Below are positions 21,569 through 33,629 of a stretch of 64,000 nucleotides of DNA, piece after piece. The notes under the pieces were generated by a model. It had not been told where the DNA came from and did not search any database. It saw nothing but the letters and a program-made list of their open reading frames with translations. The DNA comes from Phoronis australis (taxonomy: Eukaryota > Animalia > Phoronida): the NCBI GenBank assembly GCA_002633005.1, contig NMRA01000015.1:489239-553238 (forward strand). The letters run 5' to 3'. A program made the position numbers and the translations under genes. How positions within the stretch are numbered: position 1 is the stretch's first letter; every line of letters starts with the position of its first letter.

Positions 21569-24500
21569 CTAGAAAAGAAAACGATATCCTGCATTTTAAC
21601 AAATATTTGAAGGGTTATAGAATTGTTACGTCGTCGTGCACGGGCAGGACCTCGAAACTTCTTTCGCTGACCTTAGTTTCTTTGTGTAACTCGATTCCCA
21701 TCCCAGTCGCGCACCGGATTCGCGTTTTTTCCGGATTATCACACTGTACATTACAGAATGCTAAACTTGTTTTTAGTTTATTGAAGACTATGTCTAGCGT
21801 AGCGTCCACAACAACCATGGTCAATAACGTCGACAAGAATAAATAACGGTCAGACAAATTTTGTTGCAAATTCTTACAAATAAAATTTGTGGATTATTGA
21901 TGAAACAAAACCATCCGGGACGGACCTTTTCGACATTTCAAATATGTGAAGCCAGGTTCAAATCTTAGTTAGCATTGAAAACAGTAACTACGTCTAAGGA
22001 AACGTCATTTTTATTTACCTGTTTTAAATAGCACTATTCCTTTGAGGCAAGCAAATTCTGTCGGATCAACATTCATTGCCTTGAATTTCGTGATGACCTC
22101 TTGTAGTGCCCGTATCTCCGTCATCATTGAGACCACCTTGTCCGGCGGTGACTGTTCTGTGTTGTAGCCTAGTTGAAATGATCAGTACACATAAATATGT
22201 AATGTCATACATATCTTGACCTTCTGGTGATATAACTATACCCGAATCCCAATGATACGGGTGAGAAAACTCCAAATGATACGGATGAGAAAACTAGGAT
22301 ATCTGACAGTTATAAATGAATGACAGAGATACCAAATTCATCAATTTTCACAGGGTTATTTATCGCTAATTGTTTCTCTTGTTTTTAAGTGCTTACTGTT
22401 CCTGAACTTCATTATATAACCTTTCTTTCGTACTCTTTGTGCATGTGGAGCAAATTGGCGCTTACCTGCTGCAGCCATCAAACTTCCGGCGTCAATGGGC
22501 ATTTGAAACTGGGCGGCCCCAAGTACGAACAACTCCCTCCAGCTTTCCTCCAATAGGATCACCTGATCTCTAAACGGCAAACCAATCAGAGATGGGACGC
22601 TTTTGAGCCAGCGAATGCTCATGAAGAGGAGACGGGCAGCAGCCTCGCAAACGGCCTCTGGGTTGTTGAAATAGGACTCCATGATTTCGTGGGGATACTG
22701 AAACCAAAAGTGTTGATATTCCATTTTTAGATCTTTCAGGTTGGGTAGGAACTTAAAAATTGAATTTTACTCAGCGTCGATGGGATAGTTCAAGAACATT
22801 GCGTATTTTTAAACAAAACACATTTTTGAAAAAGTCTCAATTTTACAAAAAAAGATACAAAGTCAATGAGGATCCTAATGTATCTAGAAACGAAACTTGA
22901 GAACGAGACGGAATTTGTACCTTTGGCGTCGGATACATTAGCACACCACCAGGGGCGCTGACGAGAGGCAGCCTGTTGAAGGGGCTGAATGGAACGCCCT
23001 CTTTCGCTAATTGTTCCCTATGATCCAAAAGACTGTTAAAGAAAGGCGGTCTGAAGGGATGAGGGGCTATCACTGAACCGACTAAATCTCCAGATTCTTT
23101 GAGGTACATCGCCATCTGTCGACGAATTGTAGAATTTCTTGGTCCACGTTCGTGTTGGACAGCTGAAATCGAAACAAGAATATTACGTCACGGTGCGGAT
23201 AAATCTAGGATACAACACAAGATTCTGAAACCTAGAATAAATACATGTGCTGAGAAATAGTAATCAGCTTTGAACAAATAAATAAGGGAGATATTTAATA
23301 TATTTATGGTCAGGAGTGCATTCACATTACATATATACATATTGTTGGTATTATAAATTTATTAGAAAGGTTGATGTCATTTACTTTTTATGCCCGTTGA
23401 GACAAGTAAGTTTACATCGAATGGCGCCAGACTTCATACTGTGTAAATCACACATTAAATTTTCATGCAAAAGTGCTCAAAAGAACACAACGTCAAACTT
23501 GTCCCAATACGTTTGCCATTATTGGTTGGTATTTTAGTTGTAAAAATTTTCATGAACCAAGTAATAATACAATATAAATTCATCTCGATGCGCAAATCAT
23601 GTTACCAACATTTTTTCTAAAGCATTTCTGATATTAAAGAAATATTTTTTCTTTCCTCATTGGTGTAGAAAACAGCCTCTCATCCATTTTCTGCTTCAGC
23701 AAGTTTTTTGTACCATATCCAATAATTTAATTTTAAATTTTGTTGTACTTGGCTTACTTCGTAATAAAATTCATGCATCCATCAGAGTATAATTTTATAA
23801 GTAGATATCACGTGTAGATACAGTATAAAGGTCACTACTATTTTTTTGTTAATGCGATATCAATATTTTATGGTGAGTACGTCTTCAATGCAACTCGGCA
23901 CATGTTTCAAGAATTAGACACGCGTTTGCGTTATCTGGCATTTGCGTGAGAGACTTTCCGAATGACTTCCGAAACTAGTCAATCGTTAGAAACATAGGGG
24001 GAAACGGGTAAGATTCAAAAGTGCGCAGTGCAATTACAAATATCTAAATGTCTTGTCGACAACATAATAATTTTGTAGACCCCCTGCTTACCATTACTTA
24101 AGTAACTCGGATGCTCAGTACAACTTATCACGCAATTTCTGGGAACGTTAAGTGAGCGTGATGAACATGATAAAAACATAGAAAAACTGCGCGTTACCCT
24201 GTCCAGTGTATCAAACTGAACCAACTACAGTATACAAAAAAACTGCGTTTAAATTTTTAAAAAGCTTTCAAGCTGTAAAGTCGGTTTGTTTAATTTAATG
24301 TCATTATTCTTCAATAAACATCATTTTTTATGCTCGAGTTGCTCAACAGTACACCTGCGTTTATCTATTATGTTTTTGTTTTATGTTTGTGCAAATGTGT
24401 TGCTCCAGCTCATACTGAAAAACGACAAAATCAAAAGGGAGTGTTCGTGACGAAACAGTTCTCAATTTTCGTGTGTGAAGTGGTGCAAACACGTGCACCA

Positions 24501-27500
24501 CTCTCAAAGCGCTGCACTCAACGACCTTTCCCAATCACTCCAATAATGTTTTCCCATTAAGCCAAGGATAAAAAGTGATGCTAAACAACACTAAATGAAA
24601 TTCCGCATTTTCTTAACAGCATTGTGACGTCATTAATAGCTTATGACCCGGCCCAGTAAAGAAGTCGTCAACTGTTAAACAACGCCTTTCAAACCCCTTT
24701 CCAGCCCCCACACGAGCACGACTAACTTCTGCTACGGTAAACATACACCATTCCTAATGTGTTTTCGTGTTTAAAATTGGGGTTAAAAGAGTGACAATGG
24801 TTAAAAAGAACGCGATTTGAAAGACTTAGTTTGTTTAACACACGATTGGAGTGCAAACCGAGCTTGTCCCATAGAAGTCGTTTCCGTTTTCTGACCTTGA
24901 TTGATAAACAGTTGCTGAAATGAACCCATAGGAAATGTATAAGGGTTTAGTGATATCCCTAGTGATTAAGTTTAATTGTGTGTTGTAAGCGGATCGTTTT
25001 TTTCGCGCAACAACTCTGGTTTCGTTAGAAAAGACAAAACGTACAAAAATACAACTGGTAAAATACGTGGTGTTGACTACCGAAATGGAGGGTACTCGAC
25101 TGTCGCACCGTATTGCGTATGTCAAAGCGGCTGAATTAACCCGCCTTCCACTTAACTTTATGGAAATTGTTAAACTTTAGGGCTTTGAAAGAACTGATAG
25201 TTCGTTATTGCACGCGAGCGTACGCTGCAAGTTGGCGGTCACCGCGTGTCATTTTATGCGACGATCATGGTCTCAGCGGAACATGTGACCAAGTGTCAGT
25301 TCTTTGCAAACCCTGAAATAACTTCTCATCTGAATAACAAATAAGTTGGGCCCATTTCTATCATGATAGCGGTAAGTTGTCCAAATCAAGTTTGCTTCTC
25401 AAGCGGAACACAGATTCATAGCCACTTTAATAAAACACTAACTTCGCGCAACTTTTCGCGTGTTTTGGCACTCTATAAAGTGCAAATATTTGCCATTGTC
25501 ACAGTTGTCCCAACACCGGTAGATGTTTATAAAACTGTACACAGGCGGGTGCCCAAAAGGAAAACGATGACGGGTGTAGGCCATCGCGAAGGTTCGTCTT
25601 TTGTTCGTTGAGTCCCCCAGTATCCACTGCCGCTCACGCTGTGTTCCGTAAGACAAGTTTTTCGAGTTTGGGGAGATAATCTAAGTTTTAACTGAGATAC
25701 GTGGTCTCACATGCTTTGACTTGCGACTATATCTTGGGATAAGGAACGGGGCCCTGTTTCCATGCCTCCGCTATTGTTGGATCATTTTGCGACACTCGTT
25801 CAACGACCAACAGACTGCCACGTGTCGGTCGGTAAGAAGACAATGTTAGCGTGTTTGTCACTGTTGGGACCATTTTCAGTGTGTGGCCTTTGCTGTCTAC
25901 AAATACGTCAATCTTTGTCATTGAAGGAACTACAAATTTAAAGATTACGTGAACAAATGGAAATGTGTATGCCCACAAAGGAAGTTGCCATGCAAGAGTC
26001 GTCAAGTATCGTCCACCTTCAGAAAACACAGGTGACGCCGTTCGAGATGTTAAGATAGGAGATGGCGTTGCTTTATCGAGGCCGAAAGTTTACGTGCAAC
26101 TGAAGCTTCTATCGTAATACAGTTGTCAAAACTCAATTTGTTGTATAAACTTTTACAAAAATGTAATTTTTAAGAACTGTTCATTGTATTTTTTATCTGA
26201 TTTGCCAAACAAGTTGAGTGAACGAAAAAAGACATTCTGATTCGTTTGCTTGCATCTGCATGGGCGACATAGCACTGAAATAAGTGGGGGGAGGGGGGCT
26301 ATAGCCGCCCAGCCCCCTATGGGATGCGCCGCCCATGATCTTCGTTTTAGAAGTTGCTCGGAATTAGTGCTGCTCCCAGTCAGAGCAAAGCCTACTATCA
26401 CCAATATGTCATCCCAAATCAGACAAATTCCCATCAATTACGACCATACACGACTAATAAGACATTCACTTGTTGGAAGTTATTTGGACAACATAATTGC
26501 AGTTGATAGTCCGGTCATCATGTCAACATAGGAAGCGATGACGTAACAGCTTGTGTGCAAAAAGCAGACGACATTATTACGTTCCCAGTCACAGAGCAAA
26601 TAAAAATACTTGTGCTAATGAATATGAGCGTTTTTACTCCGGCTCTTCATATGGAACGCTTGAGCAATGGCAAAAAACCACGATTTATTTATTGTTTCCA
26701 CTCCATGAAAACACTGGGACGTTCTCGTGGATTTGATTGCAGAAATGATATATAAATGCTCTGCCCACGAATGACTTCGACAAAAGTATAAATATTTATG
26801 TCAATTTACAAGAACAAATTTCCTTATTGCTAAACACTGCATGACAAGTGAGCCAACACAGTAAGCCCCAGTGTCAACTCTTACGACCATATCTGTTCAA
26901 TACAAGTGATTCCCCTTTATCCGAATTATGTCTCAAAATTCCGTCCAACGAGTGCAGGTGTTGTGCCTTAGCATCACGGGATGTGTTTTGGATAATTCCA
27001 ATGATGTTTAAAAAGCAAATGAACTGCGAGATAGCAGTTGAATTGATGGAACCACTCGATAGAGTGGATTAACTTTGCCGATAGTTATTAAATACCAATT
27101 AAATACAGTGGCAGAGTTTAATTGCATGTTTATTAATTATTTCTCGCGAGGAATCTGTTCTAATAAAGACCACCGTCTACAAATAAAATCATTACACAAT
27201 TGAGCATTAGCGTCACCTGCAGTCCGGTTTCAAAGGAACCTTGTTACGTCACCGGGCGGGAGTAATGCCCTTCTTGAGACTGATTCACAGAAGTGATTTT
27301 TGGCAGAGTCAGCTCAGCGATCGACAATAAAAATGTTGACCACTTTCAAAAGAATAGAAGAGTTATAGTTCAGTTGGAAATATAGAATAATAATGACTTA
27401 ACAGTCATGTTAAATTACACGACGTATTTGAAGTCAGGTTAGTGCTCTACGTCACATGAATACATGTCACTTTTAAATTACCAAAAAAATGCGACCAAGG

Positions 27501-30500
27501 GTAATTTAATAGAGTGGTTACCTGTTAAAGTAGCCTATAAATCGTTATGATTTGTAGATAATAAATTTTATTATCGTTGCATTCAAAAGACGCTAGTCTA
27601 GTTGCAAGCAGGCGTTGTCGTAACGGCTCATAAACATTCAATATTTCTGAACTTTGACATTTACGTTACGCTCTGCAAATGAGTCATGTATGAAGGATGC
27701 AAAAATGTCAGTTATTCAGCGAATGAGGTATTAAAATTAATTTAACTGTTCAAAGACATTTAAAAGAGTCTCAAACGACACTTAAAACTATACACAGCAA
27801 CACCAGTGTGAGTTTGTCAAGACTAGCTGACACTGACATGAATAGCACTAGAGTTTGATAAGTTTACAGAGATCTCGAAATTCATCTTTGATTAAATTCT
27901 TTTTTCCAGTTCGAGTGCCCTCACCGGAGCGATAAACAAATAAACATGATAATAGCTATGTTCGATTCGTTTCGACGTGTTTAGCCTTGAAAAGTCATCA
28001 CCAACTACTTCTCAATGTATGCTTGATACAAAAGACACGTAAACTTTTATTTATTCAGGTGTCGTGCTTTACACTTAAACTCTCTCAAAAAGTCACTTAA
28101 TGCTAACTTCAAACACTGAATCATTGACAGGGGGGTTTCACTGTCTCTTTTTGTACCTATGTCAAGATTCTACAACCACTGAGTTGCGCGTTATTTTCAC
28201 CGTTGTTGACTCAGTGACGAGTACAGCGGATAATAACAGCATCAAACGCATGCTGGGATTGTTTAGAGGAAAGCATAACGATTGTGTCACATATCAGACA
28301 TATTTCGCCTATTCTGGTAGTTCTGTTGATAACCTTTCGTATTGTTAACAGCTTATTAGATTGGTACAAATTGTGCGGACTAACTGTGACAGTGGGGGAC
28401 ATTATTACTGTTTATACGCAGTTCCTTGCAGCCATAATTTGGTCAAGTCAAAATCGTCAACCCTAAAATAAATTTAAATCGTATCAGGTTTGCGACGACA
28501 ATTTTAGGCACAGGAGCATTTTTTATCATTTGTTGTCATTACCATTACTGGCCACTCTGTGAAAACGACCTAAACAGTTCTGTTCACTTCATTTAGCTTT
28601 CCTGTGATAACTGGCGGTATTTGAAAAATCTAAAATGTTTGTCCAATAAAGCAGAAGTTAGTAAAGATGTCGATGACTGAGACTCTATATTCAACTTAAT
28701 CCTAATTCTTTCACAGCTAATGATTTAAATCGAAAATGTGACAATTAAATAGCGCCCATAGTCAACCTGTCTTTTACTCTTCCACCACCGAGCCTAATCG
28801 CTCCCCAAGTGAATTCATAATCGGCTGTTGAACTCAAATTGTCAAAGAAGCAGTTCTTCACTATTTCAAAGAAGTACAAAAATTAATAACTCTAATGATT
28901 CTACTACCTGTCTAACAGTCTCGTGCTGTGACAGTCCTTTGGCAGAAACTAACAGAATTTGACAGAAATGCGCATGCGTCAATAAGTTGGACTCATTTAG
29001 TTTCCGGATAGAGTTGACGATTGTAATTGCTTTTATTTAATCGACTTAAACCATGTAAAGACACATCACATTCAAACAACACTAAAAAATATTTAATAAA
29101 TTGCAGGCGATCTGGTACACCTCGTAGTGGACGTGCGCAGGCCACAGGGGTTGGCCTATTGAACTGATCACATGGAACCATTTTCATGGTTTTACCAACA
29201 CATTATTTTAGATAAAAACGAGCTGAGGAGGTAGAGACCTGACTCAAGAGTCTAGCAGTCTGCCCCAGTGGGTCGTGAACCCACGACTTTGGGTAAAGGA
29301 AGTGGCCACCTATCTAGACCATACAACACTATGGCCTCACAACGACCCTGACATCGTCAAGCATTACTTGTCGGCATTGAATCACGCGGCTTCCTACTAA
29401 TACATAATTATTTGACGATGGAATAATCTATTTTGCTTCGAAATCTTACGCTTTTCTTCTTTACACCCGAGACGAGTGTGCTGGTCACCAGGGTACTGAC
29501 TCAGAACTCTATCTAGAACGTTACTCACCGTCTTTGTTCATCCCAGCTTCGACGCATTTTTTAAGTCTGCACGCGCGGCATTGGTTTCTGTGTGTTTTGT
29601 CTACGGGGCAGCCGCCTTGACCACGTGATTTGCATATGTACTGGCGGTTTCTGCGAATGGACCTCTGTCAAAGACAAATAGTTGGCATTTCAACGTTGAA
29701 AATACATGTACACAAACATATCCAAATTATTAAGCCGTATTCAACACTCGCTCGAGCTAAATTACGTAGTTACACCAAATTACATCATTCAAAAAATTCT
29801 AATACTCCGGCTAGTTCATCAAAAACGTTCAAAAGTTCTAAATAACAGAGCCGTCTGGTTCAGATTTGTCGCTTACCTTGAAGAATCCGGCACAACCATC
29901 ACATGCGTAGATACCATAATGCTTGCCAGACGAATGATCCTTACACACTTTGCATGGGATATCCATGAGTATCCGACCTGCAAATAATCAAAGATTGGTT
30001 TGAAATTATGTAGTTATTGTACTGTAATATGACGAAAGTTTGACCTTAAGGTTTTGGGAAACGAAATGATCATTAAAAGATTAAATGCATGAAATGAAAG
30101 TGGTTTAAAAGGTAAAAATCAAGCTTTGATAAAAGGTCAAGTTTTTATTTCGTATAGAATTAAAAGGAAAGGTCATATTCACAATAAACTACCAAATATA
30201 TTTTTAGTCAATGGTTTTGAACTTGGACACTTTGGGTGACAACACTTAAAGTATGTTACATTTTACAAAGAGTGTTTTCTCTGCTAAATAATAGGCGTGT
30301 TTATGTACATGCTCAACCGCAAATCAAACAGTTGCCCTTTGTCTAAGCAGCTGAAAAAAGTCACTGGGACAGTTCTTTCGAAATAAGTTAAAACCATTCG
30401 AGATGGATAAAATTCAGATGAATTGAAATAAGGCTTCTGCATTTTTTCAGTCTTTTCATTCAGCGCACCTGATCAAATCCATCACCTGAGCAAATTGTTG

Positions 30501-33322
30501 AAATTTCAATTAAACTTTACACACCGTTGACAGTTGACATGCTTGTCAATTTTCACTGGACGGAGGCTCGTATCTAACATTAGGAAATTGTTTGTTCACC
30601 TCTTGTAGCGTAACTTATAATTGTAGACTTTCTGTGACTTTTTATATATAAATACTATTTCCTCTATTTAAACGGTCGGTCTGGGTTTGCATTTAGAGGT
30701 CTCAGATTTCAATGGCTGGGCATATTGTGAAGCGAATGTGACAAAAACTATTTGAACATCAGCTCACTCCGTTTGAATTCTGTTTGAAGAGGGAAAGCTA
30801 CTAACGAAGAGAAATTTGTTTTTATCAAAACTCAATTCAAAGGCGTTAAAATCATGTTTAAATAAAACTATGAAATAAAAGAAACCAACAGAATGTATAA
30901 ACGGTGGGTTCAAATAAAGGCCTGTTTGCTGTTTTCCTAACCAATCGCGCTGAAATCAAAGTTTCTTTCAAACAGTGAGCGAAGCCAAACAATTAATTTT
31001 TAACTAGCCTTGTACGCCGAGTAAGCTTGTCAAATATATTGTCTTTGGAGAATTCTCCACAGGCGTGAATGTAGCGTATATCAGCTCCCTAAGCAATGCT
31101 TTAGCGTTTAATTATGAAAGCAAATCAGAGTCAAGTGACGAGTTTGCTTTTATTAATTAATCGGTGCATATCGCATTACTTGGTCACGAACTGTGTAACT
31201 TTTGTTTCTCTAGCGGTGATTAGCCGGAAGTAGACGTGGTGCAAGAATATGGGCGTACTTACTATGAACATTTTAAAAAAATTCGTGTGGTTAAAAAATT
31301 ATATCTTCTTAAAAATGAATAAACTATGCCCCGACAGAGTAAATGTCACGGCGGCGCTTGTGGATTAGCTAAGTGTCCGTAAAACGGCTACCTGCCGCCA
31401 AACGAGTAAAGTAGGACTGTTATTTATAATTCATCCATTTTACTGCACGGACGGCGGTATTCCAAGTAAAAGCTTGATGGGCATTTGTACATTTTCATTG
31501 TCTTATTACAATTGAACCTGTAGACCTTGAACCCTTCCTTACAAAAAGTAATAACATTTTGAAAGTACAGAACGTTTCACCACGAATGGCATGTCGCTAT
31601 ACTTTTATACCCAAAATGTAAGTCTGCAATTCTATGCAAACGGCTAAGCGCGCTCTTTTGCTTACATAACGTCGATGATCGGTCGTTCATGGGCCGTCAC
31701 GTCACGTACAGAAAAATTATTGCGTACTTTTCTACTACCGCTGACTTCATGCCAAAAACGATGACTGATGCGCAATGGTCTGCCAACGAAAATTACCCCC
31801 TCTCCTTTCGCATTGCGTGACAGGCCTGTTAACGCTATTCAGAGGTCGTTACTCGCTCCTTTGTGAGTCTAGGGCCCAGTCAAGTCAACCTCCCAGCCTA
31901 TGCTCAGCTGCTAAGGTTAGGCGACACGTTCCCACGGCATCGAAATAGCAATGATAGAATTCGATGTTTCAGGCTCTTTGGAGTTTAAGTCCGCGAAGAC
32001 TGGACTCCGCCTATCAGTAGAACGGATCCTGGACGTAAGTTTGGCTTATTGCGAAAAATTAAATTCTGGGTTCACTTAAAGACTATAACGTGTTCTGCAA
32101 AAGAGCTTTCAGCTAAATCGGAACAATGTGAGAAGATTCATCTTTGTCAATTAATTTGGTAATTATATTTCGCCATAAAAATGAATTTATTTTTGCAACT
32201 CCAAATGCTTTGTACGTGGTTCTGTGCAGAAAAATAAGAAAAAAGTAATGATATAAAGTGATGTAAGATAAAGCAAACCAGAACCAAAATGCTGTTTAGT
32301 GTAGTAAAAACATGCCTATGTGTTTCAACATAATCTGGTGCTGAACTGACCTATAGCATCCATTGTGAGTAGGATGGGAAATTTCTCGCACGATAACTAA
32401 ACTGAAAGCATAAGTACGCATATTATCTTTTACATGAAAACTGTTTTTTTCACAAACGTCAATAACTCAGAACTTGGATGAAACTTATTTTTTCGGGTTA
32501 TCTTTCTACTCGTCTACATTTCAAAAAGAAGAAAACTATAACTTTCTAATTTCGTCATAAATTTGATGCAAAACTCGAGAACTGGGTATAAAAATTTGAA
32601 TTACTACGATTTTGAAAAGACGTTGACTAATTTGAACGTCTATCATAGTGCGTGTTTAAACAGTTGTTCGTAATTAAATAATTGCTTCTCTACAATCCAA
32701 TTTGTACTTAATGATTAAGTTTCCCTTTCCATTTAAGGAATAAATCAATGAGTATTACTCTAAAAGTTATTTTATCAAGTAAACTTCTGTTAGCGTTTGT
32801 GGTCACAAGATAAAATCCAGATCCCCAATACGTCAATATTCTTATAGGTGGTTACCAGTTACTGGACCCAAGACAGAGACATTAGTTACTGTACAAGATG
32901 AACCCTACCAAATAACACACCTTTCTCCTAGGGCTATTCTTTTCCTGCGCTTTTACATTTTTGTGACAATGGAATACTCATTTACAGAAACCCAAATCGC
33001 ATGACAGAAGTCAATGGCAGATAGGTTCCCTTCACATGCAAGTCTTTGACATAAAAACATAACAATACTAAACGACAAAAACTAAATTAGCGGCGTCTTC
33101 AATTGAACATCTGTTTACTGTTCGTATTCCGCTGTACTCGGGAAAATATGAATGTTTTCAGTACAATTCCGATCGAATTACGAATGCCCTCTGCACCGAC
33201 TCACACTCTCTTCCTCTGTCTCAAATAACTCGGCTTGAATAGTTTCAAAGATCTGTAAATGCAAGTTACGAATTTTATGTCGACTTACTGGATGTTCCCA
33301 AAGGCTTCTGGATGGCTGTCAT
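21300..33322 (-). CDS. NR2E1: Nuclear receptor tailless/TLX (NR2E1), complete, 387 aa, 7 coding exons
   Basis: Exons 33322-33289,29977-29877,29664-29529,23162-22921,22697-22466,22168-22019,21568-21300 (1164 nt, GT-AG, in phase). P-box CDGCAG, 7-residue D-box [25 protein letters not shown], and an LBD ending [20 protein letters not shown] match the tailless/TLX group. Confidence 0.95.
22019..22168 (-). CDS. NR2E1: tailless exon 6, LBD
   Basis: [33 protein letters not shown]. Confidence 0.95.
22466..22697 (-). CDS. NR2E1: tailless exon 5, LBD
   Basis: [43 protein letters not shown]. Confidence 0.95.
22921..23162 (-). CDS. NR2E1: tailless exon 4, T-box and hinge
   Basis: [23 protein letters not shown]...YPTPK. 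Confidence 0.9.
26259..26337. mobile_element. ~80-bp mini-MITE with CATGGGCG...CGCCCATG ends
   Basis: Terminal inverted repeat; related copies at 44040-44205. Confidence 0.6.
29230..29338 (-). mobile_element. Degenerate tRNA-derived SINE head
   Basis: Minus strand GGCCATAGTGTTGTATGGT (A-box-like) ... GTCGTGGGTTCACGACCCAC (B-box/T-arm-like); no full cloverleaf. Confidence 0.4.
29529..29664 (-). CDS. NR2E1: tailless exon 3, zinc finger 2
   Basis: [45 protein letters not shown]. Confidence 0.96.
29877..29977 (-). CDS. NR2E1: tailless exon 2, zinc finger 1
   Basis: [33 protein letters not shown]. Confidence 0.96.
33289..33322 (-). CDS. NR2E1: tailless exon 1 ([11 protein letters not shown])
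   Basis: gtcATG, then A|gtaag donor in phase 1 matching exon 2; no upstream ATG in ~190 nt; CCAAT box upstream. Confidence 0.75.
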
Positions 33323-33448
33323 GACTTGGCACAGATTCTGAGCTGTGTAAGGTGCCCAAACGTCTTCTTCGTCGTCTTTCTTAACCCTGTCTTCAGTCTA
33401 GAGACGACGACACCTCCTACTAGCTCAACTAACGTACTCTCACTTAGT

Positions 33449-33629
33449 TAACTGGCTTTACGTCTTCGCCGTCACAAAGCCGTCGAAGTAAGAAAGAGAA
33501 CAGCGTAATACTCGTCTGTGATTGGCTAAGAGCGCACAATATAGATGCAGAAGTTTGTGCGGACAATTTCACTTAGGGGCGTACACGAGGCCTGCTGGGC
33601 TTAGGGGCGTACACGAGGCCTGCTGGGCT
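33449..33629 (-). promoter_or_regulatory. Putative tailless core promoter
   Basis: AGCCAATC CCAAT box at 33520-33527 about 70 nt upstream of an Inr-like CCAGTT (33449-33454), plus a GC-rich 28-bp tandem duplication. Confidence 0.5.

Noticed and set aside
29230-29338. Functional tRNA gene
   Set aside because: B-box is degenerate and no complete cloverleaf forms; kept only as a possible SINE head
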